Below are positions 28,168-37,231 of a DNA stretch of 64,000 nt, one piece after another. Every line of letters starts with the position of its first letter. Positions within the stretch are counted from its first letter, which is position 1. A model generated the notes under the pieces. That model ran no database searches. It was given only the letters and a program-made list of their open reading frames with translations, and was not told the origin of the DNA. The translations under genes and the position numbers were made by a program. Source of the stretch: Candidatus Sysuiplasmataceae archaeon (GTDB lineage Archaea; Thermoplasmatota; Thermoplasmata; Sysuiplasmatales; Sysuiplasmataceae); assembly GCA_046706185.1 (NCBI GenBank), contig JBJKPR010000003.1, positions 1,993 through 65,992 of the forward strand, written 5' to 3'.

Positions 28168-29856
28168 CTATCCCCCCAGGAAGCCCGCAAGCGGTCCGAG
28201 GGCAAGCACCGGCAGGAAAAGGAGAGCGCTCAGGACTATTATGAACGCGAAGAGGAACACGCCGAATATAGGGTCGTCAGTGACTGCCGCCCCTTTGGTC
28301 TGCGTCAGCGGCTTGGTCGAGGAAAGGACTCCTGCTATGGCGAATGTGATGACTATCGGTCCGTATCTGCCGACAAGCATGACAATTGCCTCCATGAGTA
28401 GGAAGAAGTCTGTGTTCTGCTGATTCAGCAGGCCGCCGAATGATGAGCCGTTGTTAGCGGCCGAACTCGTGAATTCGTAGAGAAGCGCAGTGAACGACTC
28501 GTTGGGGGGCAGATGCACAAAGCCGGCGTATCCTGTCATTACGGAGATGGCGACGGGTGCGAGTATTATCACGGGGTGTATGAGTATGAAGACAACAGAG
28601 TATCTCATTACCCCTGTCGATATTTTCTTCCCGGTGAACTCGGGTGTCCTGCCGACCATCAGTCCGGAGATGAAGACTGCAAGTATCACGAAGATGAGCA
28701 GGTTCATCAGCCCCGTCCCGGCACCGCCCGGCGATCCCTGAACCTCCATGCCGAACATCGCACTCGCGACTGACAGGGGGCTCATCTGGTTCAGCATCAC
28801 CATCGGGCCCCCTGTCTGGGTGTATGTGTTCAGTATCAGGCTGAATGTGGATTCAGCTATTGAGAACCTGGTATCCTTTCCTGCCCAGTTGCCAACGGAC
28901 TGGTTGATAGGAAGACCCTGAAGGAGCGCATTGGGGCCGGACTCGGCGAAGAGCGCCACCGCGAGCCCGACAATGAAGAGGGACATTGTGACAGCGACTA
29001 GCATTCTCGACTGCCTGGGGTTCCTGATCATGTGGCCGTAGGAGAAGATAAGGCCGAACGGGATCGACGCCTCGGTGATCATCTGCAAATATGCAGCGGC
29101 CGGTCCCGGGTTCTCAAACGGATAGGAAGAATCGGCGCCGAAGTATCCTCCACCATTTGTTCCCAGGAATTTGATTGCCTCCAGGCTCGCAACCGGCCCC
29201 CTGAAAATGGTCTGGCTTCCCATGTTCACAGTATGGGCAATTACAGCCCCCTGGAATGTCTGTGGTACTCCAAGATAGACAAAGATAAGCGCTTCTATGA
29301 CGCTGATAGGAAGGAGGACCCGTGTGATCGTTATTGTGAAGTCCCTGTAGAAATTGCCTATCGTTCCACCCTGGTTCACAATGCCCCTGATCAGTGCGAC
29401 TGCGACAACGATGCCTGAGGCAGCGGATGTGAACATGAGGAACGTGATCGCCCCCATTTGCGAGAAGTAACTGAGCTGCAGTTCGCCGGTGTAATGCTGG
29501 AGATTTGTGTTTGTAAGAAACGAAACAGCCGTGGCAAAATCAAGAAGGGGCGGCATCGGGCCGACATTGTTGGGGTTGAGAGGAAGTGACTGCTGGAAGA
29601 AAAGGACGAGAAATCCCGCAGCACCAATTGCCAGGTTCGTGAGGAGAAAGGCCCTCAGGTACTCCTTCCAGCCCATCTCATGCCTCGGGTTGATTCCCAT
29701 CAGCCTGTAGAGCACGTTCTCAAGCGGGCCGAAGTACCTGTCAAGAAAGGAGCGTTTCCCGAGATAAAGCCTTCCCATGTATATGCCCAGGTAGTACGAC
29801 ACTACGAGTATGGCAATGACAAGGAATATGACCTGGACATACTCGACGAAATTCAT
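28168..29856 (-). CDS. kdpA: K+-transporting ATPase subunit A
   Basis: SFLTNTNLQHY, GTNGGG, GRTPE, SSAANNGS, LALGP; start MNFVE. Confidence 0.96.
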   Translation of the reverse strand: MNFVEYVQVIFLVIAILVVSYYLGIYMGRLYLGKRSFLDRYFGPLENVLYRLMGINPRHEMGWKEYLRAFLLTNLAIGAAGFLVLFFQQSLPLNPNNVGPMPPLLDFATAVSFLTNTNLQHYTGELQLSYFSQMGAITFLMFTSAASGIVVAVALIRGIVNQGGTIGNFYRDFTITITRVLLPISVIEALIFVYLGVPQTFQGAVIAHTVNMGSQTIFRGPVASLEAIKFLGTNGGGYFGADSSYPFENPGPAAAYLQMITEASIPFGLIFSYGHMIRNPRQSRMLVAVTMSLFIVGLAVALFAESGPNALLQGLPINQSVGNWAGKDTRFSIAESTFSLILNTYTQTGGPMVMLNQMSPLSVASAMFGMEVQGSPGGAGTGLMNLLIFVILAVFISGLMVGRTPEFTGKKISTGVMRYSVVFILIHPVIILAPVAISVMTGYAGFVHLPPNESFTALLYEFTSSAANNGSSFGGLLNQQNTDFFLLMEAIVMLVGRYGPIVITFAIAGVLSSTKPLTQTKGAAVTDDPIFGVFLFAFIIVLSALLFLPVLALGPLAGFLGG

Positions 29857-29870
29857 CGCTTGCTTGCTCC

Positions 29871-29963
29871 CTAGAACTGCTCTATGTGGAGCAGTGCATA
29901 CGTGAGATACCCAAGCATCACCGCGATGAATGCAGCCACCACTATGTACCCTACGGGCAGCAT
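29871..29963 (-). CDS. kdpF: K+-transporting ATPase subunit F (30 aa)
   Basis: MLPVGYIVVAAFIAVMLGYLTYALLHIEQF matches the YL.YAL..E.F signature; directly upstream of kdpA. Confidence 0.85.
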   Translation of the reverse strand: MLPVGYIVVAAFIAVMLGYLTYALLHIEQF

Positions 29964-30038
29964 TTGAATCCTCGCGCGCCGAATGAGTCGGCACCTCTTA
30001 ATAAAGGTATCCAACATCTCGGTTTGAGGATTTCTGCT

Positions 30039-30479
30039 ATGGAGGAGGAGCTGACGAAGGAGGACCTTGAGCTCGTCGAGGAGGCGAAGGAACTGATAAG
30101 GGAGAGGTACGACAGGGATAGGCACCACATAGCAAGCGCCCTGCGGACGGTCGGCGGCAGGGTCCACAAAGGAATCCATGTTGAGGCCTCTGTCGGGAGA
30201 ATCGCACTCTGCGCCGAGGCGGTGGCAATAGGGAGGATGAGGACGGAAGGCAGCGAATTTGTGGACACGATCGTGGCAGTCCGCAGCCCAGGGGCAGGTG
30301 CAGGGACCGACAGGATGGAGGTTGTTTCGCCCTGCGGGATGTGCAGGGAGCTGATAAGCGACTATGGGTCGGGGGCGAAGGTCATCATAATGGTGAAGGG
30401 CAGGATGAGGAAGGCGAAGATAGGCACCCTTCTGCCTGAAAGGTTCGAACCATCTGACCACGGTATAAGCGGCAGCTGA
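30039..30479 (+). CDS. Cytidine deaminase family, blasticidin S deaminase (BSR)-like
   Basis: CAEAVAIG and VVSPCGMCRELISDY zinc motifs, DTIVAVR.P. Confidence 0.88.
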   Translation: MEEELTKEDLELVEEAKELIRERYDRDRHHIASALRTVGGRVHKGIHVEASVGRIALCAEAVAIGRMRTEGSEFVDTIVAVRSPGAGAGTDRMEVVSPCGMCRELISDYGSGAKVIIMVKGRMRKAKIGTLLPERFEPSDHGISGS

Positions 30480-30528
30480 TGGCGCCCGGCAGAAAAGTGT
30501 TATGAACGGTTACTGACTGCACCATCAC

Positions 30529-31755
30529 ATGCCCTCCCTGTCTCCGAAGGCAAAAGCGGGACCTCTGAACAACATAACAGTCCTTGACTTCAGCAGGGCT
30601 ATGGCGGGCCCTTTCTGCACAATGCTCCTGGGTGACCTTGGAGCGGATGTCATCAAGGTTGAACCGGAGAAGGGGGATGACACCAGATCATGGGCTCCCC
30701 CCGAGATAAGAGGAATGTCCACCTACTTCATGAGCGCCAACAGGAACAAGCGGAGCATCGCGATAGACCTGCGGAGCCCCGGTTCTGCGGAAATAGTGAG
30801 GAGGCTCGCTGCCCGAGCAGATGTTGTTGTGGAGAATTTCAGACCTGGTGTGGCAGGGAGGCTGGGCATCGGGTACGATGCACTTTCAGCGCACAACAGG
30901 AAGATGGTTTACTGCAGCATCTCCGGGTTCGGTCAGTCGGGGCCCTACAGGGAAAGGCCGGGCTTTGACCTGACAGTGCTTGCCCTGAGCGGACTGATGA
31001 GCCTTACTGGCGAGGAGGGAAGGCCTCCGGTCAAGTTCGGCGTCCCGATCACCGACATAACTTCCGGCCTTTTTGCGGCGGTGGCGATCCTCTCCGCCCT
31101 CTACAGCAGGGAGGAAACAGGCAGGGGACAGTACATCGACATGTCGATGCTTGACGCCAACATGCTAACGCTGACGCATCAGGCCACCTCGTACTTCGCC
31201 ACTGGAAAGAACCCTGGAAGGCTTGGGTCAGCACATGCGAGCATAGCCCCATATCAGGTCTACAGGACAGCGGACGGTTATGTGTCCGTTGCGGTAGGGA
31301 GCGAAAAGCTGTGGAAGGACTTCTGCATCGCGGTGGGGATGGAAGACCTTCTCTCCGACCCGGAACTCACGACCAACCCGCTTCGTGTCAGGAACAGGGC
31401 GCACCTGAATTCCAGGCTGGACCCCGCATTTGCATCCATAACAACTGCGGAAGCAGTAAGGCGGCTTGGAGAGGCGGGAATACCTGTCGCACCTATAAAC
31501 AGCGTGGGCGAAGCGGCCGAGGACCGACAGGTGAAGGAGAGGGGGATGGTCATGGAAACGGAAAGCCCGATTTACGGGAAGGTAAGGGGCCTGGGCACCC
31601 CGTTCGCGATGAGTTCGACCCCCGGCTCAGTGAGGCTTGCAGCACCTGTGCTTGGTGAGCATACTGTCGCAATTCTCCGGTCGCTCGATTTCAGCGATGA
31701 GGAAATAGGAAGCATGTTGGCTGGAAAGGTCGTTTTTGATGCTGAAGTCCGTTGA
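30529..31755 (+). CDS. CaiB/BaiF family III CoA-transferase
   Basis: AGPFC..LLGDLGADVIKVE, NRNKRS, VENFRPG, APVLGEH. Confidence 0.93.
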   Translation: MPSLSPKAKAGPLNNITVLDFSRAMAGPFCTMLLGDLGADVIKVEPEKGDDTRSWAPPEIRGMSTYFMSANRNKRSIAIDLRSPGSAEIVRRLAARADVVVENFRPGVAGRLGIGYDALSAHNRKMVYCSISGFGQSGPYRERPGFDLTVLALSGLMSLTGEEGRPPVKFGVPITDITSGLFAAVAILSALYSREETGRGQYIDMSMLDANMLTLTHQATSYFATGKNPGRLGSAHASIAPYQVYRTADGYVSVAVGSEKLWKDFCIAVGMEDLLSDPELTTNPLRVRNRAHLNSRLDPAFASITTAEAVRRLGEAGIPVAPINSVGEAAEDRQVKERGMVMETESPIYGKVRGLGTPFAMSSTPGSVRLAAPVLGEHTVAILRSLDFSDEEIGSMLAGKVVFDAEVR

Positions 31756-31839
31756 TGCAATACTCTGACTGCATGCGCATCACCAGGCCTGCGGGCGCTT
31801 GGAAAGGTTCACATACAGAATGTGAATGTCGAATGACGG

Positions 31840-33510
31840 ATGCAGACAGACAAGTTGAACAGCCCTGAAACGATAGGCAACCTGACAATCAGAAACCGCA
31901 TCGTCATGGCACCGATGATATCCAACCTGTGCAACCCTGACGGAAGCACGAACGAGAACCATATTGCCTATCTCGAGGAGAGGGCAAAGGGCGGAGCGGG
32001 CCTGATAATCACCGAATACACGTACATCAACGGAAGGAACGCAAGGGGCTCCAGAAACCAGATGGGGCTGCACAACGATGAGTTCGTTCCAAAGCTCAGG
32101 AGGCTGACGGAGAGGCTCCACGCCCACGACACACCGGTGTTCACACAGCTCGTGCATGCGGGGGGAAAGGCTCTGCCCCAGGGCAATGCAGGGAAGCCGA
32201 TGGCGCCTTCTGCCGTGGACTACAACGGGACCACACCTGAAGAGATGACAACTGCGGACATAGAGCAGACTGTGTCCGAGTTCGTGAGGGCCGCAAGGAT
32301 GGCAAGCAGGTCAAACTTCGATGGCATAGAGCTGCATGGCGCTCACGGTTACCTGATTCAGGAGTTCCTGTCGCCGGCGTTGAACAGGAGGGAGGACAGG
32401 TACGGCGGCTCATTTGAAGGGAGGCTAAGGTTCGCACAGGATGTCATAGATGCGATAAGATCGGAGGTGGACACTAACATAGGGATAAGGCTGAGCCTGT
32501 ACGAGGACGATGCAGGCGGCTACGGGCCGGAGTACGGCCTTGCAGTTGCAGAGTCTCTGAAGTCCCTGGACTATGTGCACTTCTCCGCCGGCAGGTCCGC
32601 TCCCCCGGGCTCATCGATGCCTTTCTACGGCGTAAAGACGCACATTGCCAGCAGGCTGCCGAGGAAGCCGGATGTGAAGACAATCGTTGTCGGCTCGGTC
32701 ACAGACGCCAACGACGCAAGAAGGGTGCTTGAGAAGGCGGATTTCGTCTCAATCGGCAGAGCACTCCTCGCTGACCCGTACTTCGCGATGAAGGTCACTG
32801 GAAATATGGGGCCGGTGAGGCCGTGCATACGGTGCAACCAGGCATGCAGGGATGTGGGTCTGGGAGAAGTCAGATGCACTGTCAACCCATCGACGGGCCT
32901 GGAGGCTGTGACCGAGGTTCCTCGGAGGGCGAGCGGAGAGGTTACGATTGTGGGTGCGGGTGTGAAGGGAATGGAGGCCGCGATCTATGCAGCCAGGGCG
33001 GGAATGAAGGTAACTGTCTACGACGCGAGGGACGACATAGGAGGGCAGCTGCTGGATATAAGTGACAGGGCGAAGAAGGCGGAGTTCGAGGTGCTGATAG
33101 ACTACTACAGGGAGCTTCTCAGGAAACTGCACATCGCTGTCAGGCTCGGCAGAAGATACGAGGGGGAGGCACTGTACTGCCTTCCTGACAGGACATATCC
33201 CCACCTGCCGGATGGGGAGGAGGTTTCCGTGGATTCCAACATTTACCAGCACCACGACGAACTTCTGTCCATGGCTGGCAGGAGAAAGGTTCTGGTTTCG
33301 GAGAGGAGCCTCAGCAGCCTAGACAGGGCCAGGGGCGCTCAGTTCAGGCGGGAGGCGGAGGCCGCTGGCATCCGCTTTGTGCCTGAAAAGGGGGTGAAGT
33401 TCGACCTGTCGATCCACGAAAGAAGGCAGTACGACATACGCGCCGCCATGGTCTCCGGCAGGGACGCCGCGAGGAGATACATTGATGAGAGGAGCCCCTG
33501 GCTCATCTGA
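31840..33510 (+). CDS. NADH:flavin oxidoreductase (OYE-like) with Fe-S and Rossmann domains
   Basis: NRIVMAPM, ELHGAHGYL, NRR.D.YGG, CIRCNQAC...CTVNP, VGAG..G. Confidence 0.92.
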   Translation: MQTDKLNSPETIGNLTIRNRIVMAPMISNLCNPDGSTNENHIAYLEERAKGGAGLIITEYTYINGRNARGSRNQMGLHNDEFVPKLRRLTERLHAHDTPVFTQLVHAGGKALPQGNAGKPMAPSAVDYNGTTPEEMTTADIEQTVSEFVRAARMASRSNFDGIELHGAHGYLIQEFLSPALNRREDRYGGSFEGRLRFAQDVIDAIRSEVDTNIGIRLSLYEDDAGGYGPEYGLAVAESLKSLDYVHFSAGRSAPPGSSMPFYGVKTHIASRLPRKPDVKTIVVGSVTDANDARRVLEKADFVSIGRALLADPYFAMKVTGNMGPVRPCIRCNQACRDVGLGEVRCTVNPSTGLEAVTEVPRRASGEVTIVGAGVKGMEAAIYAARAGMKVTVYDARDDIGGQLLDISDRAKKAEFEVLIDYYRELLRKLHIAVRLGRRYEGEALYCLPDRTYPHLPDGEEVSVDSNIYQHHDELLSMAGRRKVLVSERSLSSLDRARGAQFRREAEAAGIRFVPEKGVKFDLSIHERRQYDIRAAMVSGRDAARRYIDERSPWLI

Positions 33511-33543
33511 CGGACTGAAGCGTCTGCCGGGCGAAGGAGCCGT

Positions 33544-33768
33544 TCACTTCCTGCTGTAGAACGCCCTTGTCCTGCCTAGCGCCCCTATAACTATCTCGTA
33601 GCTCTCACCGAAACCCTGTGGAGTGACAAGGAGAAGGGAGGAAACGAGAGCCTCTGGCTCCCCCGCATCTGTCTCTGAAAAAACCTCTCGAAAGCATTCC
33701 GGGCAGACAGCCCTACGTTCAAACCCTTCCCTTCCACAACCTTCGCACCTGAAAACATTCATTTTCAC
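33544..33768 (-). CDS. DUF35/ChsH2-like Zn-ribbon protein (short)
   Basis: CEGC...CPEC; start overlaps the thiolase stop. Confidence 0.78.
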   Translation of the reverse strand: MKMNVFRCEGCGREGFERRAVCPECFREVFSETDAGEPEALVSSLLLVTPQGFGESYEIVIGALGRTRAFYSRK

Positions 33769-34895
33769 ACCCCCATGATGGCGGCGGTGGCCGAATTGCC
33801 GAACCCAGCCATGTTCATAGCCATGCCTGTCGATGCGTTCTTTACCTGCCGGCCGCCTGCCTCGTTCCTGAGCTGAAGGAAGACCTCGGCGGCCTGGGCA
33901 ACACCGCTTGCTCCGATGGGGTGGCCCTTTGAATTGAGCCCACCGCTTGTATTTATGGGGAGGTCGCCACCGATCTCCGTGACGCCGTCAATTACAGCCT
34001 TCCACCCCTCGCCCCGTGGGAAGAAACCGAGCGACTCAGACTGCACTATCTCCAGTATGGTTGCCATATCATGCAACTCTGCAAAATCAGGCCTGTCAAT
34101 GCCAGATTCGCGCCTTGCAATCTCTCCTGCCCTCCGTACGGACGGTATTTCAGTCAGCGTCTTCCTGTCGGTCAGGTAGGAACTCTCGGAGGAAATGCCT
34201 ATCCCCCTGACCTGGACAGGCTTGTCGGTGAAGCTCTCTGCCTCGGCGTCCGGGACCACGAGAATGGATGTCGAGCCATCGCTTATAGGGCTTATCTCGA
34301 AGAGCCTCAGCGGGTCGACTATGAGAGCGGACTGCATCACCTGCTCCAGCGTCAGCACTTTCTGAATGTGCGCGTTGGGGTTCATTGCGCCATTCCTGTG
34401 GTTCTTGACTGCCACCTGGGCGATGGATTCCCTGGTTGCCCCGAACTCATTCATGTACAGTTTTGTGAGAAGGCCTGCAAGAGACGGAAGGGAAGGGCCG
34501 GCGGCCTTCTCCCTGTCTCCGAGCAAGGACGATATTATGCTCGTGACTTCCTTCGTCGGCCTCTCTGACATTTTCTCGACGCCGACGACAAGAACGGCCC
34601 TCGCCCTTCCTGCCTCGACGAGGGACACTGCATTGAAGAGCGCCGCGCCGCCGCTGCCACTTGTATTGTCTATCCTTATGGAAGGCACTGCATCCATGGA
34701 AAGGTAGGTGGTGACCAGGTTGTTGAGGCCAGATATTGCATTGAACTCACCTGAATAGCAGTTTGAGACAAGGACGAAGTCTATGCTGTCCCTGAATTGC
34801 CTGCAGATGGGAAGAGCAGACTCCGCAGCAATCTCAAGTATTCCCTCTTTCCTCTTTCCGAACCTGCTGAAGCCCGCCGACACGATTGAGGCCAT
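33765..34895 (-). CDS. Thiolase-fold protein (SCP-x type) lacking the nucleophilic Cys
   Basis: VKNH.NG..NP.A, P.SDG, ELHD, SGGL.SKGHPIGASG; DNTSGSG in place of xxCASG. Confidence 0.9.
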   Translation of the reverse strand: MASIVSAGFSRFGKRKEGILEIAAESALPICRQFRDSIDFVLVSNCYSGEFNAISGLNNLVTTYLSMDAVPSIRIDNTSGSGGAALFNAVSLVEAGRARAVLVVGVEKMSERPTKEVTSIISSLLGDREKAAGPSLPSLAGLLTKLYMNEFGATRESIAQVAVKNHRNGAMNPNAHIQKVLTLEQVMQSALIVDPLRLFEISPISDGSTSILVVPDAEAESFTDKPVQVRGIGISSESSYLTDRKTLTEIPSVRRAGEIARRESGIDRPDFAELHDMATILEIVQSESLGFFPRGEGWKAVIDGVTEIGGDLPINTSGGLNSKGHPIGASGVAQAAEVFLQLRNEAGGRQVKNASTGMAMNMAGFGNSATAAIMGV

Positions 34896-35068
34896 GGGAC
34901 CTTGATTGCATCACATACTAAGAGATTTTCCGGATAATAGCGACATCTTCGTGTCGTGCCAGTTTCTGACGCCGAGGGGACGGGCAGCAGTATTCTGTAA
35001 GCAGGTGGATCAGTGAAAAATAGGCGGTGTGGAATTACCGGAGTTGCTGGACAGGAAGGCCCGGTGCA

Positions 35069-35662
35069 ATGATTGATAACAACTTCGCAAAGCTGCCTGA
35101 TGACCTGCCGGTGCCAGTCGACGACGGCGCGTGTGACCATCTGGACGGGACCTGTCTGCCCAGGGTCAGGCTGCAGTCCACCGAGGGAACGGTGTACGAC
35201 GTTGGCGATCCTGCCCAGGGCAGGTGTGTATTTTTTTTCTACCCGAGGACCGGAATTCCGGGCAGACCCTCACCGGAGGGGTGGGACGGCATCCCGGGCG
35301 CACGCGGCTGCACTCCAGAATCGTGCGCCTACAGGGACAATTACGGTGAATTCAGGAAAGCCGGTTACAGGGTATTTGCGGTCAGTTCCCAGTCCCCGGA
35401 AGAGCAGCTGGAATTTGCTCTCAGGGAGCGCATACCCTACCCCATACTCAGCGACTCGGGCCTGGAGCTGTCTGACGCTCTGCGCCTTCCGACATTCACT
35501 GTAAAGGGGATAGGACAGAGGCTGATCAAGAGGGTTACGCTCATCGCTGAAAACGGGAAGGTGCTGAAGCATTTCTACCCTGTCTTCCCGCCGGACAGGA
35601 ACGCGATCGAGGTGCTCCGGTTCCTGCGCCTGAAACAGGAGGCACCTGGAAAGGGTATTTGA
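35069..35662 (+). CDS. Peroxiredoxin (BCP-like)
   Basis: LP.PVDDGACDHL, YPRTG, PGARGCTPESC, FYPVFPP. Confidence 0.9.
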   Translation: MIDNNFAKLPDDLPVPVDDGACDHLDGTCLPRVRLQSTEGTVYDVGDPAQGRCVFFFYPRTGIPGRPSPEGWDGIPGARGCTPESCAYRDNYGEFRKAGYRVFAVSSQSPEEQLEFALRERIPYPILSDSGLELSDALRLPTFTVKGIGQRLIKRVTLIAENGKVLKHFYPVFPPDRNAIEVLRFLRLKQEAPGKGI

Positions 35663-35713
35663 ACAATCAACTGCCTTTAGCAGGAAACGTGGATGTGAAA
35701 GAAGGAATTGCAC

Positions 35714-36169
35714 ATGCAGGATGGTCAGCGAAGGGACGAGGAGTTTGAAAGTGCAATGACAGGTCTGGCAAGGCTCAGGGAAGCATCACTGATAGATGAC
35801 ATAAGGCACGATTCGCTGAGGGACATACTCCTGGCCGCGAAGAGGGAAATCGATGACCTCGATGCCTACTTCGCCGGGAAGCTGAGGGAGGCTGAATCTG
35901 AGGGGCCCCAGATCGTATCGGCGAGGTCGGTGCTTGTGAGATCTGCTGCGGTCATATGCAGGCACCTCAGTGAGTTCGAGACGGCGATGATGAAGCACCC
36001 GATGGAGAAAGACGCGGCGGTTAGGGGAGGCTTCAGCTGGATACTCAAGGGACTCTTCGCCGAGATCGAGAAATTCTCCAAATCGGTGCACGTGTCCGAA
36101 TGGAGCATCAGCGCTTCTGCAGGTCTCCCCGCAGGAATTAGCTTCACCGTTACTCTCTCCTTCAGCTGA
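35714..36169 (+). CDS. Hypothetical protein
   Basis: Helical N-terminal region, C-terminal beta-hairpin; fills the gap in the same direction as its neighbours. Confidence 0.65.
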   Translation: MQDGQRRDEEFESAMTGLARLREASLIDDIRHDSLRDILLAAKREIDDLDAYFAGKLREAESEGPQIVSARSVLVRSAAVICRHLSEFETAMMKHPMEKDAAVRGGFSWILKGLFAEIEKFSKSVHVSEWSISASAGLPAGISFTVTLSFS

Positions 36170-36249
36170 CATGTCGGTCTGGCACGGGCTATGTGCTCCT
36201 TTGCCTGGCAACGTGAAGTTTTATCATGGCAGGAAGTATAGCGCGAGTC

Positions 36250-37059
36250 ATGAAAGGATTGAAGGTAGCTGTTCTCGGCGGTGGAAAGATCGGTGAGGCA
36301 GTAGCCTCCAGGCTCACGTCAAGCGACAGGGTCGACTTCGTCAGAGTCACGAGGAGAAACGTCGGGAAGGCGGCGCTGAAGGGCAGGAAGGTGAAGGTCA
36401 TTTCAGACAACAGAGCAGCGGCAGCAGCCTCGAATGCAATCATAATCTCAGTCAAGCCGACCGATGCTCACACGGTGCTCGGGCAGATAAGGAAGGAGGC
36501 GGCGGGCAAGCTCGTGATATCGCTGATGGCTGCGATCACTGTCAGGAGCATTGAGGAGGCACTCCCTGGCGCCAAGGTCGTGCGTGCGATGCCCAACATT
36601 GCCGCGCTCGTCGGCGAGGCCATAACTGCGTACTCCCCCGGCGTAAATGTCGGTGAGGAGGATATACAGACCGCAGAAATGCTTCTGTCGACATTCGGTG
36701 AAACGATACGCGTGCCCGAAAAGATGATGGATGCGGTGACAGCGCTTTCGGGCAGCGGACCGGCATACATAGCGCTCCTGATAGAAGCGATGGTGAGCGC
36801 CGGACTGAAGGTGGGGCTGCCCAGGGACGTTGCTTTCCAGCTGGCCACGAAGACACTGACCGGCACGGCAGGGTTGCTGCGCGACAGGATGATGCATCCC
36901 GCGGAACTGAGGGATACCGTCACCACCCCTGCAGGAACTACAATAGCCGGCATCTACGAGCTTGAGAAAGGTTCAGTGAGAACGGCGATGATGAACGCAG
37001 TGGAGGCAGCCGCCGCAGCAGCAAGAAAGATATCGATGGAATTCGAGGAGAAGAGATGA
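36250..37059 (+). CDS. proC: Pyrroline-5-carboxylate reductase
   Basis: GGG.IG, VKP, RAMPN, ALSGSGPAY, TTPAGTTI; start 36226 or 36250. Confidence 0.95.
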   Translation: MKGLKVAVLGGGKIGEAVASRLTSSDRVDFVRVTRRNVGKAALKGRKVKVISDNRAAAAASNAIIISVKPTDAHTVLGQIRKEAAGKLVISLMAAITVRSIEEALPGAKVVRAMPNIAALVGEAITAYSPGVNVGEEDIQTAEMLLSTFGETIRVPEKMMDAVTALSGSGPAYIALLIEAMVSAGLKVGLPRDVAFQLATKTLTGTAGLLRDRMMHPAELRDTVTTPAGTTIAGIYELEKGSVRTAMMNAVEAAAAAARKISMEFEEKR

Positions 37060-37231
37060 GTATTTGGCAATGCGCTCCACTGCAGAGCGGCAGCCAGCCA
37101 GCTTGCTTATTGGCTGAATGGGAAGCATCTGCGCACCGTGCGATTGGGCGCGGGCTGGGTGCAAACACGACAGCTGGTTGCAGTGTGAGTGCGGCTCATG
37201 ACCGGCAGCGGAAGGACTTGGCTGAAGGATG

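Noticed and set aside
8216-30461. Long antisense or alternative-frame ORFs (e.g. 8216-9085, 26359-27675, most of 29871-30461)
   Set aside because: Shadows of well-supported genes on the opposite strand; only the last 30 codons of 29871-30461 (kdpF) look real
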